Shown: positions 28,816 through 38,686, counted from the stretch's first letter. The stretch: DNA of 64,000 bases from Bacteroidota bacterium (GCA_038749535.1 JBCDHX010000004.1:17603-81602); one strand, 5' to 3'. Translations and numbers: made by a program. The notes: generated by a model from the sequence alone, not told the origin.

Positions 28816-28838
28816 GATATATTTATTTTATGCTTGTG

Positions 28839-30023
28839 CTAAGTTTGGTCGAGTGCTTCTAGTATGATCTGACACGCCCACTCGATTTCTTGCTCTTTGA
28901 TCGTCAGTGGCGGTGCGATTCGGATGCTGCGTTCATTGAACAAAAACCAGTCAGTAATCAACCCTTTTGATAAACAGTAGTGAATGATGCGCCGAATCTC
29001 CTCAAACTCCCCGATTTCTACTGCCATAATGAGTCCGGCAGAGCGAATATCTTGGATGCGCGGATGTTTCAGCAATTTGTGAAATAAAGATTCCTTTCGC
29101 TTGACTGTCCCTATCCAATCCTCTTCCAGCAAAGTTTTCAGCGTTGCATATCCTGCCGCACAGCAAACCGGATGCCCACCAAAGGTAGTAATATGCCCCA
29201 AAACTGGTCGCTCAGAAAGCGTCTTCATGTGTGTCTGACTAGAGATGAATGCCCCCATCGGCATACCGCCGCCCATGGCTTTGGCGATCAGTAAAATATC
29301 GGGTATCACATCATGCTGCTCGAATGCCCAAAGCGATCCAGTCCTACCATAACCCACCTGAATTTCATCTAAAATCAGTAACGCACCCACTTCCTCGCAT
29401 CTTGCTTTTAGTTTTTTCAAAAAATCAGGTGTGGGTGGACGGACACCCCATTCTGCTTGTACTGTTTCTACTATAACGGCGGCTGTTTGAGTGGTAATAT
29501 CCATCAGGCACATCTCGCAATTAAAGTCGATATGACGAATACCCGGCAAGAGCGGATAAAAAGCTTGAGTGAAAGTCGTAGGCGACATTAAACTAGCTGC
29601 CCCTTGAGTACTACCGTGATAGGCTCTCTGTGCAGCGATGATCTCGGTGCGCCCGGTCACTCTTTTTGCCAGCTTCATCGCGCCTTCGGTAGCTTCACTT
29701 CCTGAGTTGACAAAATAAATACTGTCCAGTGAATCAGGTAAATGGCTACTGAGTAGTTCCGCCAATTGTACTTGAGGTGTCAATACATATTCGCCGTAAA
29801 CCATAGTGTGCAGATAAGCATCCAGTTGGTTTCTGATCGCTGTGACCACTTTATGATGTCGATGTCCTAAGCTACTGACGCCTATACCCGATATGAGATC
29901 CAGATAAGATTTTCCGGTCTCATCGTACAGATAGACACCTTCCGCCCGATCAATTTCAATACCCAAAGGCGCATCGCTCGTCGGTGCTACATGTTGTAAA
30001 AATAATTGACGTTTAGATGGCAT
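28839..30023 (-). CDS. Class III pyridoxal-phosphate-dependent aminotransferase
   Basis: GVSSLGHRH, SGSEATEGAMKLA, LILDEIQVGYGRTG and IAKAMGGG (PLP Lys) are present. Confidence 0.85.
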   Translation of the reverse strand: MPSKRQLFLQHVAPTSDAPLGIEIDRAEGVYLYDETGKSYLDLISGIGVSSLGHRHHKVVTAIRNQLDAYLHTMVYGEYVLTPQVQLAELLSSHLPDSLDSIYFVNSGSEATEGAMKLAKRVTGRTEIIAAQRAYHGSTQGAASLMSPTTFTQAFYPLLPGIRHIDFNCEMCLMDITTQTAAVIVETVQAEWGVRPPTPDFLKKLKARCEEVGALLILDEIQVGYGRTGSLWAFEQHDVIPDILLIAKAMGGGMPMGAFISSQTHMKTLSERPVLGHITTFGGHPVCCAAGYATLKTLLEEDWIGTVKRKESLFHKLLKHPRIQDIRSAGLIMAVEIGEFEEIRRIIHYCLSKGLITDWFLFNERSIRIAPPLTIKEQEIEWACQIILEALDQT

Positions 30024-30156
30024 GTTTTAGTTTTCAATGTGCAATTAACAATGAATAATTAGCAGCAAACGACGAGTAATTAGTAGTTCGATAATCAGCG
30101 GCTTGATTTAGGTGTTTTGCTCTCTTCTCAAAACTCTCCTTGCTCTCTCAACTCTC

Positions 30157-30843
30157 CTAAATATACAACTCCTCTTCCCCAAAAATTCGACCATTGTTAC
30201 ACCTTAATATACGGGAAGGAAAATTTTGTAAGATGCGATAGTCATGCGTAGCAAAAAGTACGGCTGTACGACGTCGAGCAGATAATTCTTTCAACAGCAT
30301 CAGGATGTCATCAGAAGTTTCAGGATCGAGGTTGCCAGTAGGTTCATCTGCAATGATCAAAACGGGTTCGTTGAGAATCGCCCTAGCAATGACCACTCGC
30401 TGCTGCTCACCTCCCGAAAGCTGATGCGGCATTTTCTGCGCTTTATTCTCCAATCCGACTTCGGCGAGGACTTCTTGACAGCGGCGGTCGATCTTCTTGT
30501 TGTCTTTCCAGCCAGTTGCTTTCAGCACAAACTTCAGATTGTCCGATACAGAGCGATCTGATAGCAGATTGAAATCCTGAAAGACAATCCCCAACTTTCG
30601 TCGCAGCGCTGGAATGGTTTTGCGATTGAGTTGTTGTAAATCAAATCCAGCGACGAAACCTGTTCCTTTTTGGAGCGGCAGCGCACCATATAGTGTTTTG
30701 AGTAAACTAGACTTGCCACTTCCGGTCTTCCCGATCAGATAAACGAATGCTCCAGCGGTCAGCTCCAAAGAGACGTCTTTAAGGACGAGTTGATCGACTT
30801 GAGCGATACTAGCTTGTTGTAGATTGACGATTACGGATTGCAT
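30157..30843 (-). CDS. ftsE: Cell-division ABC transporter ATP-binding protein FtsE-like
   Basis: Walker [10 protein letters not shown], signature LSGGEQQR and Walker B LIIADEPT. Length 228 aa. Confidence 0.75.
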   Translation of the reverse strand: MQSVIVNLQQASIAQVDQLVLKDVSLELTAGAFVYLIGKTGSGKSSLLKTLYGALPLQKGTGFVAGFDLQQLNRKTIPALRRKLGIVFQDFNLLSDRSVSDNLKFVLKATGWKDNKKIDRRCQEVLAEVGLENKAQKMPHQLSGGEQQRVVIARAILNEPVLIIADEPTGNLDPETSDDILMLLKELSARRRTAVLFATHDYRILQNFPSRILRCNNGRIFGEEELYI

Positions 30844-31021
30844 TTAGCAAAATTAGCAAAGGATTCAATGGAATGAGCAAAATCAGGAAGCAGTTTGCTC
30901 AAAAAAGCGATTAAGGATTTTTCAGTAAAGTAATTATTGAGCGACATAAAATTTAAATTTCGTCAAAAAAATAAATTAATAAGTATCAAATATTTAAATT
31001 TTATAGCAAATCGTTAAAATA

Positions 31022-31054
31022 TTTGCAGCATATAGGTCTTTTACTTTACATTTG
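31022..31054 (+). promoter_or_regulatory. Bacteroidota-type promoter (TTTG-N21-TACATTTG) upstream of the tRNA-like genes
   Basis: TACATTTG fits the TAnnTTTG -7 consensus. A TTTG lies about 21 nt upstream. Confidence 0.4.
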
Positions 31055-31099
31055 TCCTATCGAAAGAAACACAGAAGCGTGTTGTATTTTTTGATAACA

Positions 31100-31246
31100 C
31101 TGTAAGGTGACGAAATTGGCAGCCGTGCCCTCCCGTCTCGAGGGTGAGGAATAATAGGATAAACGCAGCATAGTGGGTTGACCACCAATATTTATATTGT
31201 GTTGTGGCTAACTACCTCTTGAAGGTTCGACTCCTTCCCTTACAGC
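31100..31246 (+). ncRNA. tRNA-like RNA, copy 1 (~146 nt, ~75-nt insertion at the variable region)
   Basis: Acceptor stem CTGTAAGG / CCTTACAG. D arm ACG-AAATTGGCAGC-CGT. A stem-loop CCCTC-CCGTCTC-GAGGG takes the anticodon-arm position. The T arm is GAAGG-TTCGACT-CCTTC. Confidence 0.5.
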
Positions 31247-31305
31247 GATTAGAATAGTGAATAACGAAATCTCTAAGATTGATATTCGATATTCTCATAT
31301 TTACA

Positions 31306-31425
31306 CTGTAAGGTGACGAAATTGGCAGCCGTGCCCTCCTGTCTCGGGGGTGAGGAAATTGGGATAAACACTAACCCTGTTAGCAGCTAACCACCTCTTG
31401 AAGGTTCGACTCCTTCCCTTACAGC
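31306..31425 (+). ncRNA. tRNA-like RNA, copy 2 (~119 nt, ~49-nt insertion)
   Basis: Same arms as copy 1, with two substitutions in each of the 5' and 3' conserved blocks. The anticodon-like arm is CCCTC-CTGTCTC-GGGGG. Confidence 0.5.
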
Positions 31426-31447
31426 TTTTAAATTTACATAGCTTTTG

Positions 31448-31490
31448 AGGGCTAAAGAAAACAGATTTCTTTAGCCCTTTTTTTATTTTT
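31448..31490 (+). terminator. Strong intrinsic terminator after the tRNA-like pair
   Basis: A 13-bp stem AGGGCTAAAGAAA / TTTCTTTAGCCCT is followed by TTTTTTTATTTTT. Confidence 0.8.
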
Positions 31491-31522
31491 GCCGCCTTCC
31501 TAAACTTTCACAATTATTACAC

Positions 31523-32563
31523 ATGGAACACCGACCACTCGGACAGACTGACCTTAAAGTGAGCAAAATATGCTTAGGCACGATGACTTTTGGCGAACAA
31601 AACTCAGAAGCTGAAGCGCATGAGCAACTCGATTATGCCCTAGATCAAGGTATCAACTTCATAGATACAGCGGAATTGTACGCCGTCCCTAGCACTAAGA
31701 AAAACAATGGATTGACTGAAGAATACATCGGTACTTGGCTGAAAGATAGAACAGACAGAGATCAGATCATCTTAGCCACCAAAGTTACAGGACCAAGTGC
31801 CAATTTTACGTATATCCGTCCCACGCTCGACTATTCAAAAGACAGTATTCAGGCAGCTATAGAAGGTAGTTTGAGAAGATTGCAGACCGATTATGTGGAT
31901 TTGTATCAACTACATTGGCCGGAAAGAAGCACCAACTACTTTGGTCAGTTAGGCTATCAGTATAGTGAATCAGATTCTTGGTCAGATAATTTTGGAGGAG
32001 TACTAGAAACTTTAAACGGATTAATAACATCAGGTAAGATTCGGCACTATGGCATCTCTAATGAGACGCCGTGGGGCACGATGCATGTGATTCACTTAGC
32101 GGAGAAAATGGGATTGCCACGCCCTGTGAGCATTCAGAATCCATATAGTTTACTGAATAGAACTTTTGAAGTTGGTTTGGCAGAAGTAGCCATTCGAGAG
32201 CAGTGTGGTTTGCTGGCGTACTCGCCGATGGCATTTGGCTTATTGAGTGGCAAATACCACAAAAAGGAAGATAAAGCTGGCGACCGCATCAATAAGTACA
32301 AACGGCTTTCGCGCTACAACAACGATCGCGCCTATGATGCGACTACTAAGTATTTGGAGATCGCAGAAGCACACGATATGAGTCTGGCGCAGATGTCACT
32401 TGCTTTTGTCAATGATCGTCCATTTATGACTAGCAACATTATCGGTGCGACGAGTATGGAGCAACTGAAAGAGAATATTGAAAGTGCAGAAATCACGCTT
32501 TCGGAAGAGGTTTTGAAAGCCATAGAAGAAGTGCACACCACTCAGCCGAATCCTGCGCCTTAG
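31523..32563 (+). CDS. Aldo/keto reductase (Tas-like NADP-dependent oxidoreductase)
   Basis: LGTMTFGEQ, INFIDTAELY and DLYQLHWP are present. Confidence 0.9.
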   Translation: MEHRPLGQTDLKVSKICLGTMTFGEQNSEAEAHEQLDYALDQGINFIDTAELYAVPSTKKNNGLTEEYIGTWLKDRTDRDQIILATKVTGPSANFTYIRPTLDYSKDSIQAAIEGSLRRLQTDYVDLYQLHWPERSTNYFGQLGYQYSESDSWSDNFGGVLETLNGLITSGKIRHYGISNETPWGTMHVIHLAEKMGLPRPVSIQNPYSLLNRTFEVGLAEVAIREQCGLLAYSPMAFGLLSGKYHKKEDKAGDRINKYKRLSRYNNDRAYDATTKYLEIAEAHDMSLAQMSLAFVNDRPFMTSNIIGATSMEQLKENIESAEITLSEEVLKAIEEVHTTQPNPAP

Positions 32564-32687
32564 TGATGATTGGAACGCAGTTTAAACGCTCACCTGACCA
32601 CAATATATTTGTGACTTCGAGACAAGCTGCGTTCCAATACTTCAACTCCACATTCCTTCGACTTGACTTTCGATAGTATCAAAACCA

Positions 32688-33091
32688 TCAAACCGCCAAA
32701 TCATCCTCCGGCATCCTTTCATTTAGCTTTTGCTTTCTAACTAGTAGCGCAAAACCAAAAGTCAGCACGCCTACACGTCCCACATACATCAATACGATAA
32801 TCAAGCATTTGCCGACAGCAGATAGGTCGCTTGACCGACGATATTATAGGAATCGAAGACACTAATGGTGACCAGACCAGTTGTAGATATAGCAGAAGTA
32901 GAAATGAATAAGTTATCCAAAACTGCTATATCCGTCTTGTGCAACAATGGAATGGAAAGCAACAGAAAACCCGTAATGGTATACAAGAAAAAACCCCAAA
33001 CGAGATTCATTTGAGGGGATTTGCTCACTTGAAATTTATTGTAACGAGCCCAACAGAAGGTAAGAAACTTACCCAAGAAAGTGTGCTTCAT
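32688..33091 (-). pseudogene. KtrB/TrkH-family potassium transporter remnant with an internal deletion
   Basis: The 96-aa ORF encodes only the N-terminal membrane segment (LFISTSAISTTGLVT). Right after its stop, a second frame reads LIIVLMYVGRVGVLTFGFALLVRKQKLNERMPEDDLAV*, which looks like the family C-terminus. Confidence 0.6.
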
Positions 33092-33250
33092 AAGCCCAAA
33101 AGGTTTTAGTCAGGAAAAGCTAATCTTGTTATTATCAACTGCTCATCAATTGATTGAAAAGAATCAGCTACTCAGCTTTGTTCAGTGACATATGTTCACT
33201 GTTAAGTGACAGAAACAACCTTTTGTTCGATTTTTTGTGCGCTCACCTAC

Positions 33251-34030
33251 TTAAGAAACAGAAGGATACAAAATCCAGTCCTCCAGCATATAGTTGGTGC
33301 TAAATTCGCGCCAGCTGTACTCTTCTAGCTGCAGTCGATCAGCGATGATGCGCAGCACGGATGGATTGTGCGCCATCCCAAAGTGACTACTACGCACCTC
33401 TATGTTTTGATGGATGCGTGTCTCTTTTTCTTCCATACACAACTGCCACGGGACGATGCCATCCTGCTTGGTATAGATAGCTGTGGTCGGCACAGGCGCA
33501 GGTTTGGGTAGATCATCTAGTAGCTCTTGACTAGCCGGAGCGACTCGTCTTGTACCTTTCAGAAAATTATATAGCCAAGCGACATTATTTGCTTTGCCGA
33601 CACCACGAAAAGGCGCGCCCAGAGTGATGACCTGTCGTACTTTATCGGGATGCGCTTTGGCGAGCTGACGCGCAAATATACCTCCTAGACTCCAACCGAT
33701 GATGCTCACCTTGCAACCATGTAACTGATACAATTGATCTACATACTCACCCAATTGCTCGATGTAATGAGTGTGACCATAATTGCGCCCCATTTTCCAA
33801 GGCAAAGCAGTGTACCCAAGCTTGTTGATGTAGTCGCGCAACTGTATAGTAGAAGCGTCTGTCGCCATGAAACCTGGCAACACGATCACAGGATGACCGT
33901 CGCCACTATTTTTCTCTGCAAAAAGATAACGATAAGGATACGATATACCAATCTCCGCAGTCGCTCGTCCTGCTTCTGTCAGTAACCAGAACAGCGATGG
34001 TCGTTTGATTCTGTTCGATCTCCTAAACAT
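33251..34030 (-). CDS. Alpha/beta-fold hydrolase (lipase/esterase-like)
   Basis: Nucleophile elbow GWSLGG. The start is uncertain; internal Met codons lie at 34030 or 34117 within track ORF 33251..34159. Confidence 0.7.
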   Translation of the reverse strand: MFRRSNRIKRPSLFWLLTEAGRATAEIGISYPYRYLFAEKNSGDGHPVIVLPGFMATDASTIQLRDYINKLGYTALPWKMGRNYGHTHYIEQLGEYVDQLYQLHGCKVSIIGWSLGGIFARQLAKAHPDKVRQVITLGAPFRGVGKANNVAWLYNFLKGTRRVAPASQELLDDLPKPAPVPTTAIYTKQDGIVPWQLCMEEKETRIHQNIEVRSSHFGMAHNPSVLRIIADRLQLEEYSWREFSTNYMLEDWILYPSVS

Positions 34031-34289
34031 ATTCGGTGTAGTTTTCTCTTGAGACCAACTTAGTAAAGACGCTTTACTGAGTTGATTTCTGTTGCTCACT
34101 AATGTCTTTAGCCTCATTTCATTACTGCTCTCACAGTCATTGTATCTCAAACAACACAAAATAAATTTGTGTTTGAAATAAAATATTAAAATTTATGAGG
34201 GCGCAAGATAGCATTTTTGAATAAAAATTCTAATCTAGTTTGATAAGTAGACGTATAGCTATCTGCTGTACACTGACGTCTTCTTCAGA

Positions 34290-36323
34290 TTAGTGTAGCT
34301 GAAACTTGATACCACCATAGATGTTTAGTCCGGCAGCAGGTTCGTAGTAGCGATTCCCGAATGCATTAATTCGGACATTATCAAAGTAGCGCACATCGAA
34401 CAAATTATTGATGCCGATAAACGGCTGTAAGCGTAAGGCGGGAAGCGAAAATGGATAAGCCAAACTCAGATCAGCGATCCAGGTGTCGTCGATTTGTACT
34501 TGATTGGCATCTTCTGCAAAAAAATCGCCTAAGTAGCGCAGTTGTGTCCGCAGTAGCAAGCCGTCCTTTGCCTGATGCGTCAGTAGAAAAGAAGCCAAGT
34601 GTTTCGGGATACCAGGCAGTTCTCGACCAGAAAAGTCAGCATTGGGGAGATTATAAGCAACATACCTGAAGTCAGAAAGGGTGTAGGATAGACTAGCTTG
34701 CCATTTTGGAGAAAAGATATAACTCATATTTGCCTCTACCCCATTTCTTACCGTCTCACCAGCATTTCTGAAAAAAGTACGATCAGGAAAATCTGCCAAC
34801 TCAAAAGGTACTAAATCATTGGTCGTCAATACGCGAAAAGCGGTCAATTCAAATCCCAGCCCGGCTCTGCCTTGATATTTCACTCCCAACTCAAAGTTAT
34901 CAGCTTCTTGGGCATCTAGATTTTCATTGAAGCCGCCTTCATTGGTCGGATTGGCGGACAACTCGCTCAATGTGGGCGTCTCAAAACTAGAACGATAGCT
35001 TCCAAAGACCGACCAATTGTTGAACCAATAGTAATTGATGCCGATGCTTGGATTGAAAGCAGTCAAGTTGATATTTTCGTCTCGATCACCGATATTTTCA
35101 TCTACACCTATCCAGTTCCAGTCGTAGCGCAAGCCCAGATTAATGTGCCAATTGTTCCATTCCCAATCCCCCAACGCATACAATCCCAGATTACTAAATT
35201 GCTCCAACTGATCGAGCGTCACTTCACCGCGTGTGCCTTCCAGATTTCGGAATCGCTGTCGGTCGTCGCGCTGCACTGCCCAGTCATACCCCAAATGAAT
35301 GTAATATTCTGCACCACGGAAAAGTCCAAAACGCTCTACATTTAACCCTTGCCCAAAGTAATTGCGATTTAAGTCAATCCAGCCACCATTTTCAAAAGGT
35401 AGTCGTCCTTCAAAATTTCGCTGTGCAAAGAAACCGTAGGATTTGATGGCATATTTTCTCAAAATGGTCTGATAAGTCGCTCCAGTCTTCCAGTGCTGAA
35501 TCGCTTCTCCAGTCTGAAATAGCACATTTCGATCTCGTGCCTGCCGGCGATCTGTCTCGACTGCTTCCAGATTCAAGCTACCAGGATCGTCTGCTATGGG
35601 GCTATCGACGAAGTTGAATTGTAGCCGAAGATTGGCGTTTTTATTGAGTTGCTGCCGAAATCGCAAGTTCAGATTGGTCGATTGGAGACCGCTTTGGACT
35701 CGATAGCCATCAGTTCGAGTATGTGCTATGTGCCCGATGAGTTGTTGCTTCTCATTGGCGAGTCCACCTTTGAGTTGATATTGTTGCAACCCGAATGCGC
35801 CAATGGTCGGTCGAAAAGATAGAAAGTTACTATCAATCAAACTTATTGTTTGGATGTTGATGACGCCCCCCGAAGCATTACCATAAAGAGCTGATGCTGA
35901 GCCTTTTAGCACTTCTACTCGCTCGATGATCCCTAAATTTAGATTATCGACTTGTCCTTGTCCGTCAGGTGTGGTTTCTGGAATCCCATCTACGATCAAT
36001 TTGATCCCTCGAATCCCAAATGCCGAGCGCGCGCCAAATCCGCGCATCGAAATCCGCAAGTCCTGCGCATAGTTATTGGCATTCAGACTGAACAGACCTG
36101 GAATGTGACTGACATATTCTTGCAGCGACAACTGCTGTCGCGTTTCTTGCAGTTCTGTCGCTTTATAAGTAGAAACGGCATAGGGCTGTCGCAGTGAACT
36201 AGGCTGAATCCGATCAGCTTGTATGGTGAAAGTAACTAAGTCACCTTCTAGAAGTGTGGTATCTTTTTGAGCGGTGGAAAAAATTGGAATAGAAAACAAA
36301 AACAAGAGTAAAAATGGCTTCAT
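34290..36323 (-). CDS. TonB-dependent outer-membrane receptor
   Basis: Signal peptide, a plug region (RVEVLKGSASALYG) and a C-terminal beta-barrel ending in an aromatic-rich strand. Confidence 0.9.
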   Translation of the reverse strand: MKPFLLLFLFSIPIFSTAQKDTTLLEGDLVTFTIQADRIQPSSLRQPYAVSTYKATELQETRQQLSLQEYVSHIPGLFSLNANNYAQDLRISMRGFGARSAFGIRGIKLIVDGIPETTPDGQGQVDNLNLGIIERVEVLKGSASALYGNASGGVINIQTISLIDSNFLSFRPTIGAFGLQQYQLKGGLANEKQQLIGHIAHTRTDGYRVQSGLQSTNLNLRFRQQLNKNANLRLQFNFVDSPIADDPGSLNLEAVETDRRQARDRNVLFQTGEAIQHWKTGATYQTILRKYAIKSYGFFAQRNFEGRLPFENGGWIDLNRNYFGQGLNVERFGLFRGAEYYIHLGYDWAVQRDDRQRFRNLEGTRGEVTLDQLEQFSNLGLYALGDWEWNNWHINLGLRYDWNWIGVDENIGDRDENINLTAFNPSIGINYYWFNNWSVFGSYRSSFETPTLSELSANPTNEGGFNENLDAQEADNFELGVKYQGRAGLGFELTAFRVLTTNDLVPFELADFPDRTFFRNAGETVRNGVEANMSYIFSPKWQASLSYTLSDFRYVAYNLPNADFSGRELPGIPKHLASFLLTHQAKDGLLLRTQLRYLGDFFAEDANQVQIDDTWIADLSLAYPFSLPALRLQPFIGINNLFDVRYFDNVRINAFGNRYYEPAAGLNIYGGIKFQLH

Positions 36324-36429
36324 AAAATAAGTCGTCCTGTAGAGTGATTTTAATGTGCTAATTTAGCATTCTTCGCTAAAGAAGTCAGAACATCACAATA
36401 TAGTGTTAGTTGTATCTTACACTCGCAAT

Positions 36430-37647
36430 ATGCATAAGTTAGCTCTTTGGTGCTGTTTACTTTTTACGCTGACTGCTTGCCATGTCGGACGCACTGTTGT
36501 TTGGAACTTCGGCAACTATGATGACTACAAAAAGTTTGAGTCTGTCAAAATAGAACATCCTCTAGCTGATTCCATTTTTGCCTTCCCCCGCCAAATCCGT
36601 CCTGATTTATTTCATGAAAAAAATATAAGTGAAGACTACCTTATCGCAGGCAACTTTGAAGCCTTCTTAAAAGATAGCAAAACAACTTCTTTCATCGTAC
36701 TAAGGCATGATACCGTCATATACGAACAATATTTAAATGGCTATCAACCGTCAGATTTACATTGTGTCAATTCTGTTTCCAAATCGTTTTTATCGCTCTT
36801 AGTAGGCATCGCTCTCGAAGATGGAAAAATCAATTCGCTGCAAGACACTGTAGCAATGTATATTTCTGAATTTCAAGATAGTGATTTGGGCACCATCACA
36901 ATAGAGGAGTTATTAGATATGAAGTCGGGTATTCACTTTTCAGAAGCCTACTATAATCCATTCGGCAACTTAGCCAAGTTCTACTATGGCATCAATTTGA
37001 GAAAATACATCCGTCAAATGGAAATCTCAAAACAATCGAAAGACTTTGATTATATCTCAGTCAACACAGATATACTAGGCTGGGTATTGGAAAATGCTAT
37101 TGGGAAGACTGTGCCCGATTATTTGGAGGAAAAAGTTTGGCAACCACTACAAATGAGCTACGATGCAACATGGAGCATAGATAGCAAAAAGCACAACGTA
37201 CCTAAATTTTCTTATGGATTGAATGTCAGGACATCCGACTTATTAAAATTGGGTCATCTGTATGTGGAGCGTGGCACATTCAATGGGAAAAAACTTATCA
37301 GTCCAGAGTGGATTGACTTAGTTTTACAGACAGATACAACTCAAATCGACGCTCCCAACTACAAAAATCATTGGTGGCGGGAAGTGATATATACTACTGA
37401 TAGCAGCCTAGTCGAGAGCGGTTATCTTTTGGCAACTTATCATGATAAAAATACCCAAAATCACAGCCCAACCACCTACAAAATTGGGACTGATAACTAT
37501 TATGCGGCAGGCTTTTTAGGACAATTTGTATACGTTTCTCCCAAAACCAAGACAGTGATTGTCAGAACAGGTAAAAAACAAGGCAAAACAGACTGGATTC
37601 ATTTGTTTCGGACTGTTAATTCTGTTGTCAATGAATCAAAACAATAG
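36430..37647 (+). CDS. Serine hydrolase (beta-lactamase / transpeptidase-like family), lipoprotein
   Basis: SVSKSF is an SxxK motif. Lipobox LTAC. The start was moved to MHKLALW. Confidence 0.75.
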   Translation: MHKLALWCCLLFTLTACHVGRTVVWNFGNYDDYKKFESVKIEHPLADSIFAFPRQIRPDLFHEKNISEDYLIAGNFEAFLKDSKTTSFIVLRHDTVIYEQYLNGYQPSDLHCVNSVSKSFLSLLVGIALEDGKINSLQDTVAMYISEFQDSDLGTITIEELLDMKSGIHFSEAYYNPFGNLAKFYYGINLRKYIRQMEISKQSKDFDYISVNTDILGWVLENAIGKTVPDYLEEKVWQPLQMSYDATWSIDSKKHNVPKFSYGLNVRTSDLLKLGHLYVERGTFNGKKLISPEWIDLVLQTDTTQIDAPNYKNHWWREVIYTTDSSLVESGYLLATYHDKNTQNHSPTTYKIGTDNYYAAGFLGQFVYVSPKTKTVIVRTGKKQGKTDWIHLFRTVNSVVNESKQ

Positions 37648-37660
37648 CGTTTTTGCATAC

Positions 37661-38686
37661 TCATAGTGAACTCAAAAATGCCATCGTATCTACACCATCT
37701 GCATAGTCATCTAGTTTCGGCTGCTGCGCTTCTCCGAATCGGAAATTGGGCACTTGCAAGTCTTTCAAAGCCGACTTAGAAACTACTAGCTGAATCTCTA
37801 TCGCGCGTTCGTTAAGCAAACTGACCAGTTCTTGTTCATTGTCATAGAAAGAGTAATACAAATTGGCGATGGGTGATACAATAGCGTCATCTTCTCGCAT
37901 CAAAATACAGCCATTGGCGAGGTATTTTGCTCGATTGATGATGAAAAGCGCGTAGTGATAGTCAAAATTATTTTTGTATTTGGAGTGAAGGACGATCTCC
38001 CGGTATTCGTGTAAAGCTTCTAACAGCAAATCGAAGTTGTAGCCTTTTGGGACATATAGTTTAGAGACATTTCGACAACCCAAACCAAAATACTGAAAGA
38101 CATCTTTGCCTAAATCAATCAACTCTGCTCGGCTTTCTGTGCCATTGAGTACGGCGACCCCGTTGCGATTGCGGCGGATGATATTTGGATACTTCCCGAA
38201 GTAAGCATCGAAGTAGCGCGCTGAGTTGTTGCTGCCCGTGGCGATGACCGCATCGAATCCTTTAAGATGCTCCACGATCTGAAAGTAGCTTTCCGTCACC
38301 GGATGGATTTCTTTGAGCAACTTAAATAGATAAGGCAACAAGAATCGATCTTTTTCGGAGAATTTGACCATCGCACGATGTCCAGAAATGAAAACGCAAA
38401 GCACATCATGAAAACCGACAAGTGGAATATTGCCTGCCAAGATCAGTCCGACTGTTTGTTGCTTGCCGTCTTCCCGAATCGCGTACCGATTCGCCCATGC
38501 CTCCAAGGCTTCTTTTGTCAAAAAATGAGTCGCAATGGCTTGTATTGCTTGTTTTTGATTCGCCTTAGTGAGCCATCCGTTGTTAAATTCAGTACGTGCG
38601 ATTATGGCATCTAAATACTCGTCTTTTGCTGTTCGTAGATGATTGCCGAGTTGCGCCATCGCATCAATCCGCTCTGTCAAGGTCAT
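37661..38686 (-). CDS. LuxC-like acyl-CoA reductase family protein
   Basis: LILAGNIPLVGFHDVLCVFISGH and the overall pattern resemble Bacteroidota LuxC-family proteins (from memory). The start was moved to MTLTERID because the first 75 codons of the track ORF overlap the upstream gene. Confidence 0.6.
   Translation of the reverse strand: MTLTERIDAMAQLGNHLRTAKDEYLDAIIARTEFNNGWLTKANQKQAIQAIATHFLTKEALEAWANRYAIREDGKQQTVGLILAGNIPLVGFHDVLCVFISGHRAMVKFSEKDRFLLPYLFKLLKEIHPVTESYFQIVEHLKGFDAVIATGSNNSARYFDAYFGKYPNIIRRNRNGVAVLNGTESRAELIDLGKDVFQYFGLGCRNVSKLYVPKGYNFDLLLEALHEYREIVLHSKYKNNFDYHYALFIINRAKYLANGCILMREDDAIVSPIANLYYSFYDNEQELVSLLNERAIEIQLVVSKSALKDLQVPNFRFGEAQQPKLDDYADGVDTMAFLSSL

Noticed and set aside
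31100-31425. Genuine tRNA-Asp (GUC) or tRNA-Sec genes
   Set aside because: The 8-bp acceptor plus 5-bp T stem is reminiscent of tRNA-Sec, but there is no UCA anticodon and no 6-bp D stem. The GUC loop has U at position 37, and C at position 33 in copy 1. The 49-75 nt insertion is incompatible with any canonical tRNA.
36324-36402. Cobalamin, TPP or other riboswitch upstream of the TonB-dependent receptor
   Set aside because: The spacer is only ~80 nt and A/T-rich, which is too short for those aptamers. I saw no conserved riboswitch cores.
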